DNA of 64,000 nt. Source: Candidatus Aminicenantes bacterium (GTDB lineage: Bacteria > Acidobacteriota > Aminicenantia > Aminicenantales > Aminicenantaceae). Numbering within the stretch: position 1 is the first letter of the stretch; the number at the start of each line of letters is the position of its first letter. The notes beneath the pieces were generated by a model. That model did no database searches. It saw nothing but the letters and a program-made list of their open reading frames with translations, and was not told where the DNA came from. Positions 9,205-19,551 of this stretch are shown here, piece after piece. Both the position numbers and the translations under genes were made by a program. Where the stretch lies: NCBI GenBank assembly GCA_011772475.1, contig WVZK01000086.1, forward strand, positions 4,406 through 68,405, read 5' to 3'.

Positions 9205-9373
9205 CAAAGAGCAAGGTCTCCAGATCTGAGATTTGAAGGGGCAACCCTTCATTATTTTCTTGCCGCAAACGGAGTTCTCTGTTTTCATTCATTTGCTGCC
9301 TTGGGGAATTAGTATATCTTTTTGACAGAAAGATAAATATCAAAGACAATGAGATTATATAAAGGATGAAAAA

Positions 9374-9910
9374 ATGAGTGGTCAGCAAATAATTTTTGGC
9401 TTGTTAGAACTTTTGGTTTCTGTATTCATAAGTTTCATTCTTATCTTTGGCAGCTATCGCCTCTTCCTAGTTCTTACTCCGCGTTTCGATGAAGAGCGGC
9501 AGCTTAAAGGCAAAAATACTTCCGTAGGGATTATTTTGGGAAGCATTCTTTTAGGAGAAGCACTGGTTGTTAAGCAAGCAATTTATCCGGTCATGGCAGT
9601 CATCCAAATTTTTGCGCTCGGTCAGGAAAGAGATATTTTAAATTTTTTAAAAATGCTGGGCTATGGTGCTGGATATGTTCTCCTGGCCGGGATCTTGGCT
9701 ATAGTCTGCATCCTGCTCAGCTTATGGCTGTTTAATAAATTAACACCTCGAATAGATCATTATCAGGAAATAAAGGAGAATAATATTGCGATTGCTATTT
9801 TTATGGCTCTTTTTATTGTCGGGATTTGTCTTTTGATAAGCGCTGGTGTTTCAGGCTTAACAAGGGCCCTGGTTCCTTTCCCAGAGGTCGGGTCGATCCC
9901 CTTTAAGTAA
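9374..9910 (+). CDS. DUF350-like integral membrane protein
   Basis: 178 aa with two similar halves of TM segments; 'ENNIAIAIFMALFIVGICLLISAGVSGL' is typical of DUF350. Confidence 0.65.
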   Translation: MSGQQIIFGLLELLVSVFISFILIFGSYRLFLVLTPRFDEERQLKGKNTSVGIILGSILLGEALVVKQAIYPVMAVIQIFALGQERDILNFLKMLGYGAGYVLLAGILAIVCILLSLWLFNKLTPRIDHYQEIKENNIAIAIFMALFIVGICLLISAGVSGLTRALVPFPEVGSIPFK

Positions 9911-9917
9911 AGCTTAA

Positions 9918-11033
9918 ATGAAGACGCCCTTTCTACCCATCCTTATAATTTTATTCGCCTTAATCAGCCTAACATTTTTGGCTTCCTTTTTGGGTGACGA
10001 TGCTCCTTATAGCAACGATTCCTCTTGCAGGTTAAGTTTTCTGAATCTAAATCAAAAAATTGGCTCTAAACAAAGCCTGAATATCTTTGAAAGAATTGAT
10101 ATCGAAACAGGTTATGAACTCACTTACGGCTGGAAGGATTACAGAGGAGATGGTTACTCTATGACCTTTTCCGTTTCCAAACAGCAATTGTCTGATGCAG
10201 AGGAGGAGTATGGCTACTACCCAGAAGAATTGGAAAAATACTTGGAAGAAAGCTATGAAAAAATGAGAGAAGAGATGATGATTTATCTCGAGGAATTTGC
10301 CAGGCGGCAAATAGAAAGGAGCAAGTATCCTCAGTATATCTTAATCGAAAAGATTGATTCAAAGAAATTCAGATTAAAGATTTCCGTCCCCTCAGCTCTT
10401 TATGAAGAGGTTAAAGCTTCATCTGAGATAATTAAAGATAAACTTACGGCAGAAGAAAATGCTTATTTATTAAAGATAGATAAAGAGCAAAAAAAGAAGG
10501 AAAAAGCATTTTTAGAGAGGAAAGGATTTCGAGTTATTGGAGACACTATAGGAGTGGATTATTCTGTTTGTGTTCGGAACAATCGTCCCAGGCTAAAAAA
10601 TGTCGTGGACCGTATGAAAAAAATAAAGAAAAGAATGTCTCTTCGGCAGTTGCTGTTCTTAATGTCAGCTTTTATCCAGGAGATTAAATATGGCATCCCT
10701 CCCTTCGAAGAAAATAATAAAATCATAGCGGAATTCTGGGTTCCTCCTAAAGTCCTGGTTAACAATTTTGGAGATTGCGATTCAAAGGGAGTTGCCTTTG
10801 CCTCGATGTGGACTAATTTTAAGAGGTACCCTCTTATTTTGATAAAGATTCCAAAACATATGTTCTTAGGATTGGCTATTCCTTCAATAGGAAGAGATGA
10901 GATTACGATAAACGGACTAAACTATACTCTCTGTGAGGTTACAGGGCCCGACAAAATACCACCTGGATGGATTACTAATTACAGCCGTTTCTATCTCGAA
11001 AGCGGAAGATTCAGGTATGAACTGATAAGATAG
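9918..11033 (+). CDS. Secreted transglutaminase-like cysteine protease-fold protein
   Basis: 371 aa; VNNFGDCDSKGVAFASMWTNF...IPKHMFLGL resembles the Cys/His segments of transglutaminase-like proteins. Starts 8 nt after the DUF350-like gene. Confidence 0.55.
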   Translation: MKTPFLPILIILFALISLTFLASFLGDDAPYSNDSSCRLSFLNLNQKIGSKQSLNIFERIDIETGYELTYGWKDYRGDGYSMTFSVSKQQLSDAEEEYGYYPEELEKYLEESYEKMREEMMIYLEEFARRQIERSKYPQYILIEKIDSKKFRLKISVPSALYEEVKASSEIIKDKLTAEENAYLLKIDKEQKKKEKAFLERKGFRVIGDTIGVDYSVCVRNNRPRLKNVVDRMKKIKKRMSLRQLLFLMSAFIQEIKYGIPPFEENNKIIAEFWVPPKVLVNNFGDCDSKGVAFASMWTNFKRYPLILIKIPKHMFLGLAIPSIGRDEITINGLNYTLCEVTGPDKIPPGWITNYSRFYLESGRFRYELIR

Positions 11034-11044
11034 CTATTGTTCTT

Positions 11045-11245
11045 GTAGGGGCTCGATTTATCGTAGGGGCTCGATTTATTATACGTGTTTGATTCATCAA
11101 ACCCCCATTCTCTCTTATATTTTTATTTGTGGGGATTTGGTTCGTTGTAGGGGTTTGATTCATCAAACCTCCCTGCTTGCTAATATTTTTATTTGTAGGG
11201 GTTTGATTCATCAAACCCGCACTTTTTATCTATATTTTTTTATAA
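11045..11245. repeat. Array of GTAG-palindrome repeat units between convergent genes
   Basis: Units at 11045, 11063, 11084, 11129, 11147 and 11195. The best copies read GTAGGGGTTTGATTCATCAAACC(C). Confidence 0.9.
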
Positions 11246-11257
11246 ATGAACGTTTTT

Positions 11258-12187
11258 TTACAATTTTTTAAATTTGATTTCTTTTAAATCGGGGAAAGCA
11301 TATACTCTTACTTTTTTACCTTCCCTGATTACGACGCCTCCTCTGCAGAGGCGGAATCTATTACTTATCTCTGTTGTATCATAACCTGAAAACGTTTTTA
11401 GAAGCTTTATTGTTCCGTCCTTAAACTCATAAACTTTAACTTCAGAAGCAACATGGTCTGTTTCAACAAGGTAGTATTTATCAGGATAGAAAAATTGGAG
11501 ATAGCCTTTTGTTTCGCCGAATTCTTCGATCTCAAAATTCTCTAGGTTCAATCTGGCATATTTTGGCCGTTTTGCACCTCTTCTCCACCCGTATTTCTCT
11601 TTTAGAGTGATATCGTTAAGCTTTGTTCTCCAAAATACGGTTCCGAAATGAAAACCCTTACTGTTTGGGATCTTCCTTATAGTTTCAAAACGTCCTTCCT
11701 TCTCACTGCTTATGATTACATTTTCTTCGGTGTAGCTGATGAGCATCCTATTAGAATAAAAAGCTGCTTTTTGACTTTCTCCGATGTTTTCAATCCGGCC
11801 ATCCTCCCATATTCTTAGGATTATATTTTTCCGGGTTTTTTCAGTGCACATCATTCAGAACCGTTTTCCTTTAGCTATGTCTGTTTCGATAAGAGTTGGC
11901 CAATAGCTTTTTTCCAACAATTGATATTCCAGGGGAATTCTTGTTACTTCTTTTGATGCTTTGTCGACCAGAACAAGCTGAATATCATGGAAATCTTTTT
12001 TTCTCTTTCTTTCTATGAAAGCTATTGTTTGATCATATTTCCAAAACTGGAAAGCAATTTGTCTTTCAGGTTGCCCTTCGTAAAGAACTTCAGCCTTGTA
12101 GTTGTTTGTGTTGATCCTGATGATCCTATTATAGCGCCCAGTAATTTTGCTGTGAGCTCTTGCGTAAACATATTCATTATCTAACAA
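11258..12187 (-). pseudogene. Hypothetical WD/propeller-like protein split by an in-frame TGA (two ORFs, 11258-11854 and 11855-12187, same frame)
   Basis: The TGA at 11857-11855 is followed directly by ATGATG in the same frame. The upstream ORF has only a TTG start without a ribosome-binding site, next to a GGGGCC repeat. Confidence 0.45.
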
Positions 12188-12191
12188 GGAG

Positions 12192-12231
12192 GAATAAAAT
12201 GGGGCCGAATAAAATGGGGCCAGGCCCCATT
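12192..12231. repeat. GGGGCC-A-GGCCCC palindromic element with duplicated left arm
   Basis: GAATAAAATGGGGCC x2 in tandem, followed by AGGCCCCATT. Confidence 0.9.
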
Positions 12232-12384
12232 CTTTTTCTTTAATCAGATAACGTTGCCATTTAAGATGAATGGAGGATAATTTTAAAGACAGTATTGAAA
12301 CCGATTTTAATTTTTGTTTTAATTAATCAACTGCATGATGTTAGTGGGAGTTATCAATCATTCTTATTTAAATAGGATAAGGAC

Positions 12385-12861
12385 ATGACAAGAAAAGATA
12401 TATTTAAACTTATATTATGTCTCATAATTTGTCAGTTAGCAGGGTTTGTGGGCTCTTTATTCACATCGCCTTCAATTCCCTCGTGGTATGCTTATCTAAA
12501 TAAGCCATCTTTCACACCACCGAATTGGGTATTCTCCCCGGTATGGATAAGCTTGTTTGTGATTATGGGGATATCTCTGTTTCTTGTATGGCAGAGAACT
12601 CTGCGCCATCCTTATGTAAAATCTGCCTTATTATGGTTTGCTTGCCAGCTGATTTTAAACATGCTTTGGTCAATCGTATTTTTCGGCCTTAAGTCCCCGT
12701 TTTTTGCTTTTATAGAGATTATTTTGCTGTGGATAGCAATCCTGATAACAATTATTAAGTTCTTTAGAGTCTCAAGATTGGCAGGAGTACTTCTTATTCC
12801 TTATATCCTTTGGGTAAGTTTTGCTGCAGTCCTTAATTTCTCCATATGGAATCTTAATTAA
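12385..12861 (+). CDS. tspO: TspO/MBR family tryptophan-rich sensory protein
   Basis: SIPSWYAYLNKPSFTPPNWVFSPVWISLFVIMGISLFLVW...NMLWSIVFFG. Confidence 0.93.
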   Translation: MTRKDIFKLILCLIICQLAGFVGSLFTSPSIPSWYAYLNKPSFTPPNWVFSPVWISLFVIMGISLFLVWQRTLRHPYVKSALLWFACQLILNMLWSIVFFGLKSPFFAFIEIILLWIAILITIIKFFRVSRLAGVLLIPYILWVSFAAVLNFSIWNLN

Positions 12862-12925
12862 TAAATCCAAGCCGAGTATTTATTCGGATTTTTATATAAA
12901 TAGAAAAGCTGTAAGGAGGATAAAA

Positions 12926-15031
12926 ATGGTTCAGAAGTCTTTTAGGAAATTTTTCTTCGTTATTTTAATTTTTGCTTTTCTCCTTTCTCTTCCAGTTTCA
13001 GCGGTAGATAAAAAGGAAGGGCCCAAATCTAAAAAGCCCCCTGTTATCTCCGCAAAAGACACTTTGCGGATAAACCGAGTTTCTAATCCTCGCCTTTCTC
13101 CAGATGGCCAATGGGTACTTTACTCTAAGGCGATTCGAGATATGGAAGACAAAGATATGGAGAGCACCACGCATGTCTGGCGAGTGCGAGTTGACGGCAA
13201 GCAAAGAAGACAGATGACCTATGGTTCTGAGAGCTGCACCTCTCCTTCATGGTTTCCCGATGGGAAAAAGATCGCGTTTCTAAGCTCCCGCGGCAAAGCC
13301 GAAAGCTCCAGAGATAGACGAGAAGATGCCAGCGAACGCCCTCGTAATCAAATATATTCTATGTATCTTGACGGAGGAGAGGCCTGGCAAGTAACTGAGC
13401 ATAAAGAAGGTATTCAATCTTACGAAATTTCACCGGACTCAACCCGTATCCTTTTCACTGCTAGAGATCCCTTAACCGAAGAAGAAGAGAAAAGAAAAAA
13501 AGAAAAGGACGATGCTGAGGTTGTAGACGAGAAGTTTCGGATGAGCCATCTCTGGATTTACGATATAGATAAAAAAGAAGCTACGCAATTTACCAAAGGC
13601 GAATTTACAGTGAGTGATGCTCATTGGTCACCAGATTCTAAGAAAGTCGCCTATGTGACGCAGCCTAATACTAAAGTTGATGAAGATTGGAACAGCGATG
13701 TCTGGCTTATTGACATTGACACCAAAAACTATAAAAAGCTTTACGAAAATCCTGGAAGAGACGCCAGCCCCCGTTGGTCACCTGACGGAAAGACCATTGC
13801 TTTTTCTTCTGAGTCTCACGCTAGCTCAAACACATGGTATGACAAGCTTTATCTTTTTCCAGCGAGCGGCGGCAAACCAAAAATCCTGCTTAAAGATTTT
13901 GATCTCAATTATGGGCCTTCGATCTGGTCTCAAGATGGAAGGCGAATTTACTGGGCGACTGGGGACCGAACAACAGGGAACTTATTTTCGGTTGATATTC
14001 GCACCGGCGATATCAAGAAGATTACACCTCCCCGAGGATCTAATTCCCAGTGGAGGTTATCAAACGATGGGAAACGCTGGACGTGGTACCATTCTCCATC
14101 AAACTGGCCAGGAGAAATTTACGCTGCAGATTTGGATCTCAAGAATCCAGTTCGCCTAACAGATGCCAATCCCTGGCTTCGAGAAGAGAAAATAAAGCTC
14201 GGGAAAGTGGAGACAATTAAATGGAAAAACAGCGACGGCCAGTGGATTGAAGGAGTGCTCACCTGGCCTGTTGATTATAAGCAAGGCGAGAAATACCCCC
14301 TCATTCTCAATCCTCATGGAGGACCAAGCTCGGCAAGGATCGAATCGTTCAGCTCGTCAAATCAATTCTTTGCTGGCAATGGCTTTATGGTCCTCCAGCC
14401 GAACTTCCGAGGAAGCTCGAATTATGGTCAGGAATTCCTCAACGCTAATCGAGGCTATTGGGGGGTAAGGGATTATGATGACTGCATGACTGGAGTAGAC
14501 TTCTGCGTTGAGAAAGGCTGGGCTGATCCTGATCGGCTTATCTGTTACGGCTGGAGCTACGGCGGATACATGAGCTTCTGGATTGTCACCCAGACTGACC
14601 GTTTTAAGGCTGTTTCTCCAGGTGCGGGGCTTGCGAACCTCTACAGCATGTACAGTACTACAGACATACCTCGTTATCTCGCTTGGTTTTTCGGGACTCC
14701 TTGGGATTATGAAGACATGTACGAGAAGCTTTCTCCCATTCGTCACGTAAAGAAAGTAAAGAGCCCGGTACTTATAATGCATGGAGCAATTGACGCAAGG
14801 GTCCCTCCTGAGCAGTCGGTCGAGTTTTACCAGGCGCTTCGTGACCTGGGAAAAGATGTCACATTTGTGCGCTTCCCGAGGGAAAGGCATGGAATCAGGG
14901 AACCGCGGCATCAAATAGACCGTCTCCGAAGATACCTTTTTTTCTTCGCAGAACATGTGAACCTGATACCCGTTAGTGAGAAGAAAGAAGAAAAGGTGCC
15001 CAAAAAGGAAGAGAAGAAAAAAGATAAATAA
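12926..15031 (+). CDS. S9 family peptidase (acylaminoacyl-peptidase / DPP-IV-like), secreted
   Basis: MVQKSFRKFFFVILIFAFLLSLPVSA signal; TolB-like propeller repeats; GWSYGGYMSFWIVTQT nucleophile motif; MHGAIDARVPPEQS; RHGI. AAGGAGG before the 12926 ATG. Confidence 0.93.
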   Translation: MVQKSFRKFFFVILIFAFLLSLPVSAVDKKEGPKSKKPPVISAKDTLRINRVSNPRLSPDGQWVLYSKAIRDMEDKDMESTTHVWRVRVDGKQRRQMTYGSESCTSPSWFPDGKKIAFLSSRGKAESSRDRREDASERPRNQIYSMYLDGGEAWQVTEHKEGIQSYEISPDSTRILFTARDPLTEEEEKRKKEKDDAEVVDEKFRMSHLWIYDIDKKEATQFTKGEFTVSDAHWSPDSKKVAYVTQPNTKVDEDWNSDVWLIDIDTKNYKKLYENPGRDASPRWSPDGKTIAFSSESHASSNTWYDKLYLFPASGGKPKILLKDFDLNYGPSIWSQDGRRIYWATGDRTTGNLFSVDIRTGDIKKITPPRGSNSQWRLSNDGKRWTWYHSPSNWPGEIYAADLDLKNPVRLTDANPWLREEKIKLGKVETIKWKNSDGQWIEGVLTWPVDYKQGEKYPLILNPHGGPSSARIESFSSSNQFFAGNGFMVLQPNFRGSSNYGQEFLNANRGYWGVRDYDDCMTGVDFCVEKGWADPDRLICYGWSYGGYMSFWIVTQTDRFKAVSPGAGLANLYSMYSTTDIPRYLAWFFGTPWDYEDMYEKLSPIRHVKKVKSPVLIMHGAIDARVPPEQSVEFYQALRDLGKDVTFVRFPRERHGIREPRHQIDRLRRYLFFFAEHVNLIPVSEKKEEKVPKKEEKKKDK

Positions 15032-15055
15032 AGTATATTAAGAAAAGAGGAGAAT

Positions 15056-16750
15056 ATGTCAGGAAAGAAGATATTCGTATCATTAATCGCATTGGTTGCT
15101 CTTGTTTCCTTTAAAAGCAGCCAAGGAGCACTCCATCCTGGGCGAGAAGCACAGAATCTTGGAAGGAAACTGACTCCAGCAGTTGGCACGAAAGGCATGG
15201 TCAGTTCCGCTCATCCGCTTGCGACCCAGGCGGGCCTGGATATTCTCAAAGCTGGCGGTAATGCTTTTGATGCGGCGGTGGCTATCGCCGCCATGTTAAA
15301 TGTCGTCGAACCGATGAATTCTGGGATCGGCGGCTACGGGACAATCCTTGTTTATGAGGCCGAAAAAAGAAATGCTCGTTTTCTTGATTCAAGCGGGAAG
15401 ATCCCTATTAACGTCGATTCAGATGCTTTCCGACCTCCCACGCCAAATTATAAGGATAATAGGCGAGGGCCCAAAGCAGTCTCGACTCCAGGAAACGTGA
15501 ATGCCTGGTGGGCTATGTCCTCAGAATACGGAAAGCTTAAGTGGTCTGAACTTTTTAAAAGCGCTATAAAGACAGCTGAACAGGGATTTGAGGTTAAAGA
15601 ACGGCTCGCCAGGAGTATTGAATATGCATTTTCCGAGTTCAACGAGCATGGACAAGAAGTCTACGGAAAAGAAGGCAAGCCACTGGGAAAAGGAGATGTT
15701 CTCGTCCAGAAAGATCTCGCAAAGTCGCTAGGGCTTATAGCCGAGCAAGGAGCCAAAGCTGTCTATGGGGGGAAACTCGGAAAGATAATAGATAAAGCGA
15801 TGCGAGAGAGTGGTGGCTTCTTGACCATCGAAGACCTTGTTGCTGACCGGGCTGAATGGTGGAAGCCGATAAGCATTAACTATCGTGGGTATAAGGTGGC
15901 GACCGCTTCGCCCCCTTCTACTGCATTTCCTTCCCTTATCCGGTTAGGCTTGATGAGCTGCTTCGATAACTTTCGTCTCGGACACAATAGCCCAGATTAT
16001 CTCCATTTTTTCGCCGAAGCAACCAAGCATGCTTTTTGGTGTCGTCTCGCCCACGCTGGAGACCCGGAAATTAATCCTCCACCCCTGGAGAAGCTACTTT
16101 CTGAAGAATACTGGGAAGATGTTGTAAGCAAGATTGACCATAAGAAAGCAAAACCGTTCAGCCCTCCCAGAATTGTAGTCAAGCAGGAGAAAAACACGAC
16201 TCATTTTGTTGTAGCTGATAGATGGGGAAACATAGTCAGCGCAACCCAGACGCTGGGCAATTCATTTGGTTGTCGCATAATGGTGGAAGGTACAGGCATC
16301 TGGCTTAATAATTCGCTCGCCTACTGTACGTTCGAACCTAAGGGGAATCCTATGGACGCCCATGCTGGCCACAGAAAACTTTCAGGGGATTGTCCTACAA
16401 TCATTTTTAAAAACGGAAAACCTTGGGCTGCTCTCGGGACACCAGGCGGTCATACAATAGGCCAGACCGTTCCTCAAATGGTCATGAATCTGATCGACTT
16501 CAAGATGGATATCCAGAAGGCTATCGCAGCTCCTCGCATCAGTTTTGCAGAACCTGACTTAATTCTTGTAGAGAATAGGATTGAAGCCTCGATACAGAAT
16601 GCTCTAAGAGAAAAAGGACATAACGTTCGAGAAGTCAGAGGCTTGGGCAACGCCCACGGCTTGATGATCGAGTATGATGCTGAAGGAAAACCTGCGCGTT
16701 TTTATGGAGCTGCCGATGTACGAGGGAATGGACTGGCAAAAGGATATTAA
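15056..16750 (+). CDS. ggt: Gamma-glutamyltransferase (family T3)
   Basis: GMVSSAHPLATQAGLDILKAGGNAFDAAVAIAAMLNVVEPMNSGIGGYG; catalytic TTHFVVADRWGNIVSATQTL; LGTPGGHTI. Confidence 0.93.
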   Translation: MSGKKIFVSLIALVALVSFKSSQGALHPGREAQNLGRKLTPAVGTKGMVSSAHPLATQAGLDILKAGGNAFDAAVAIAAMLNVVEPMNSGIGGYGTILVYEAEKRNARFLDSSGKIPINVDSDAFRPPTPNYKDNRRGPKAVSTPGNVNAWWAMSSEYGKLKWSELFKSAIKTAEQGFEVKERLARSIEYAFSEFNEHGQEVYGKEGKPLGKGDVLVQKDLAKSLGLIAEQGAKAVYGGKLGKIIDKAMRESGGFLTIEDLVADRAEWWKPISINYRGYKVATASPPSTAFPSLIRLGLMSCFDNFRLGHNSPDYLHFFAEATKHAFWCRLAHAGDPEINPPPLEKLLSEEYWEDVVSKIDHKKAKPFSPPRIVVKQEKNTTHFVVADRWGNIVSATQTLGNSFGCRIMVEGTGIWLNNSLAYCTFEPKGNPMDAHAGHRKLSGDCPTIIFKNGKPWAALGTPGGHTIGQTVPQMVMNLIDFKMDIQKAIAAPRISFAEPDLILVENRIEASIQNALREKGHNVREVRGLGNAHGLMIEYDAEGKPARFYGAADVRGNGLAKGY

Positions 16751-16770
16751 AATAATTTTTAATAACTGAG

Positions 16771-19551
16771 CTATTCGAGCTCTACGTTAGTTGACCCTCC
16801 ATAATAAATCCCGTTAAACAGAAATTTAAAGGTCCCATGAGGTTGGGCCCGTCGAGTTATCTCTGGTCCGTACAGGAAAAGCTTGCCTTGACCCACATCA
16901 GCCTCAATTACGGCGAGACCTCCATGCAGATAATGCTTCCCCCAGGCCCAGCCACTCCGTAGAGGGTTCTTATTTTCAAACCAGGCTACTGATCGAATCC
17001 TTTCCTGAGCGGTGTCTGGTTTTAACCGAAAGACAGGACTGTTGTTGAAAGCCACATCCACTTTCTCTGACAAACCGTAGGCCAGAGGATTGGTGTTATC
17101 AACGCTAACTTGAAGAATCGAGCCGGGTACGAAATATTTTTCCCTGGGCAAGCGTTTCTCCTTCCCATCTTTAAGCTTTTCGACCAAGGCATTGGCAATA
17201 GGGAGACCGGCATGGTATCCGATGTTAGTGGAGTCACTGATAGCCAGCAGAGTGCCGCCATTTTTGATGAATTCCAGTAAATTTGGAACCGTTTTAGCCA
17301 CGGTTACCTTACCGAGTCGTTTGCGGAATTCTGGAGGTATGCTTTCTGGTTTGGGCTGGGGGGATGAGCGCCAGCGGCGATTCTCGTCAGGTTGGTCGCT
17401 GAGCGGAATAGCGCCGTGGACAAAGATTAGGACATCGTATTTATTATTCAGGTTTCCAGCATCAAGAGTGGCGGGATAGACAACTTTAAAAGGGAACTCG
17501 AACTGCTCCAGCAGCCATCGCACCCAGCCCGAGTCCATGGATCCTCCGTATTGATCCCATAATCCAACGCGTAATGGTTGCAAACGGAGCGCTTCTCCTG
17601 AGGGCTTAGAACTAATGCCTTCAAAATTCAATCCGATCTCCTTGGCCATATTCTCAAGTCTGCGCAAAGTGGAGGACTTTGCTGGAATATAAATCGTCCC
17701 AGCAGGGTATGTCTTTTCCTTATGCTGAAAAGCCTTTTTTAACCAGTACACCTCTTCTTTTCTTTGAAGGAGGCGGTTGATGGCGATAAAGGCATCATTG
17801 ACTCTATGGTCTAAAAGAAAGCCAACAGCATTCGTGCTCTGGGTAACTTTTCCAGGAGGGCGATGGGCAAGATCCTCAATTTTCTCGAAGGGGCCTTCGA
17901 CACTTTCCAAAATTCGGTCGAATTCCACTCCCATTTGAAAAGCCAAAGTCCAACCAGCATTATCGTAGGGTGGAATAGGTGCTCCACCTGGATAAGGGAT
18001 ATCATCTGGGTGGTTTTGAGGTTCAAACATAGAGAGGATGTGGGGACGGAAGGCTTGAGCGGTCTTTACGATATAAGAACCCGAAGGATAGGACTTACCG
18101 CCCGCGCTGAAGGATTCAGTTGCTCTTAGGATAGTTATTCCATTCTTTATGAGAGCATTCACGAATTTGGTTGCGGTTAAAAAGTCGGGCTGGTCCGAGC
18201 TAAGAATATAGACTCGGGGATCACGCTCAGCTGGATCGAGCAGCATCTCATAATATTTGCGCGGATACCCTCGGTTTCGTCCGGCACCTACTCGCTGGGC
18301 CTTATCTTTTTTGATTGCGTCTTCGACTGCTGCAATCCTATGCGGACGGATAGTCCAGTGGTCGCGGCTTCCCCGTTCTATTGAGTTTTTTCCCATGAGA
18401 TAGATGTTGTACAGGAAATCCTCACGGTATTTAGAGGCCAGGTCGAGAATTGCCCTATCAGCTGTGATCATGTACTCGATTGATTGGCGGAAATGCCACT
18501 TCTGAGGAGCAATCGGAGCGGGAAGATCGTTTTTAGGAAGTTGTCTATCGGGAAGGAACGGAATTTCCACCGGCGTGGGATTTCCGATAGCTTCTGTTAG
18601 AATCCCGATCATGTTGTGAAAATAAGTAGATGTCCGCAGTCCGCCGTTCCACCAGGTCGAATATCTTGCTCCCGATCTCATTGTTGCCCCTGGCTTTCCC
18701 TCAGCAACGAAACGATTATGCATAGCAGCTCCAACAAGCTCGATTCCCAACGGAACAAGCGGATCATAGTAGTAGTTGAACGGGTCACGGAAGGGAGGTG
18801 CAAATAAGACTGTTCCTGCAGGACCAGTTTGATGCTGATTGTATACGATTTGAGGAAACCACTCGTGGTATAACACCCGGGTAAGGGCTTCTGTTTCGGG
18901 CTGAGTCACCATGTAAAAATCACGATTGTTATCGTGGCCGATGTATTTTTGGTACAGACGAGGTATGTCTCTCGTGGACCGCTTGGTTGGTTCCTTTTCT
19001 CGCATATACCAGTCTGAGACCAATTCCATTCCATCTGGATTTGAGGGGACGGCAAGCAAAATGACATCATCCAGGATCCTCAGCGTCTCAGGATCATTTC
19101 GGCTCGCCATTTGATACACAAGCTCTATCAAATGCTGTGCTCCCAATACTTCAGTTCCGTGTAAGCCCCCATCAATCCAGACAACCGCTCGTCCTTCAGA
19201 AGCAAGTTCTCGAGCTTCGCTATCAGTAAGTCCTTCAGCTAAGGCTAGTTTCTTTGAGATCTCTTTATAACGATCGAGTTTCCTTTGATTGTCTGGGGAA
19301 GTTATAACGGCCATGAACATCGGATGTTTCTCAGCTGTAATGCCGATTCCGGCAAGCGAAACCCGCTTGGATTCAAGAGCAATTTTTTTCAAATAAGCTA
19401 TGAATTGTGTATAGTTGGCCAGATAGTAATCGTCTCCCACATTAAAACCAAAGTGTTCTTTGGGCGTTGTGATTTTACGCTGGGCCAATAAAGGAATGAC
19501 CAATAGCGCTATTAAAATAAAAACTAAAATAAGACTCTTATTCTTGCCCAT
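16771..19551 (-). CDS. M14 family metallopeptidase (zinc carboxypeptidase-like), secreted
   Basis: Start placed at MGKNKSLILVFILIALLVIPLLAQ with GGGAGG upstream. DGGLHGTEVLGAQHLIELVYQ, PSNPDGMELVSDWYMR, HDNNRDFYM, YNQHQTG. Confidence 0.88.
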   Translation of the reverse strand: MGKNKSLILVFILIALLVIPLLAQRKITTPKEHFGFNVGDDYYLANYTQFIAYLKKIALESKRVSLAGIGITAEKHPMFMAVITSPDNQRKLDRYKEISKKLALAEGLTDSEARELASEGRAVVWIDGGLHGTEVLGAQHLIELVYQMASRNDPETLRILDDVILLAVPSNPDGMELVSDWYMREKEPTKRSTRDIPRLYQKYIGHDNNRDFYMVTQPETEALTRVLYHEWFPQIVYNQHQTGPAGTVLFAPPFRDPFNYYYDPLVPLGIELVGAAMHNRFVAEGKPGATMRSGARYSTWWNGGLRTSTYFHNMIGILTEAIGNPTPVEIPFLPDRQLPKNDLPAPIAPQKWHFRQSIEYMITADRAILDLASKYREDFLYNIYLMGKNSIERGSRDHWTIRPHRIAAVEDAIKKDKAQRVGAGRNRGYPRKYYEMLLDPAERDPRVYILSSDQPDFLTATKFVNALIKNGITILRATESFSAGGKSYPSGSYIVKTAQAFRPHILSMFEPQNHPDDIPYPGGAPIPPYDNAGWTLAFQMGVEFDRILESVEGPFEKIEDLAHRPPGKVTQSTNAVGFLLDHRVNDAFIAINRLLQRKEEVYWLKKAFQHKEKTYPAGTIYIPAKSSTLRRLENMAKEIGLNFEGISSKPSGEALRLQPLRVGLWDQYGGSMDSGWVRWLLEQFEFPFKVVYPATLDAGNLNNKYDVLIFVHGAIPLSDQPDENRRWRSSPQPKPESIPPEFRKRLGKVTVAKTVPNLLEFIKNGGTLLAISDSTNIGYHAGLPIANALVEKLKDGKEKRLPREKYFVPGSILQVSVDNTNPLAYGLSEKVDVAFNNSPVFRLKPDTAQERIRSVAWFENKNPLRSGWAWGKHYLHGGLAVIEADVGQGKLFLYGPEITRRAQPHGTFKFLFNGIYYGGSTNVELE

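Noticed and set aside
11011-11214. Apparent repeat protein MMNQTPTNKNISKQGGLMNQTPTTNQ...
   Set aside because: Pure translation of the intergenic GTAG-palindrome array; the same words appear wherever the repeat is translated (27554-27859, 38287-38499).
11045-11245. Possible CRISPR array
   Set aside because: Unit spacing is irregular (18-48 nt), spacers are themselves similar AT-rich sequence rather than unique, the repeat is palindromic and dispersed genome-wide, and there are no cas genes.
11089-11271. 60-aa ORF MIHQTPILSYIFICGDLV...
   Set aside because: Plus-strand translation of the same repeat array, no ribosome-binding site and no domain.
14357-14956. 199-aa minus-strand ORF
   Set aside because: Antisense to the catalytic domain of the S9 peptidase, which has intact GxSxGG, Asp and His motifs.
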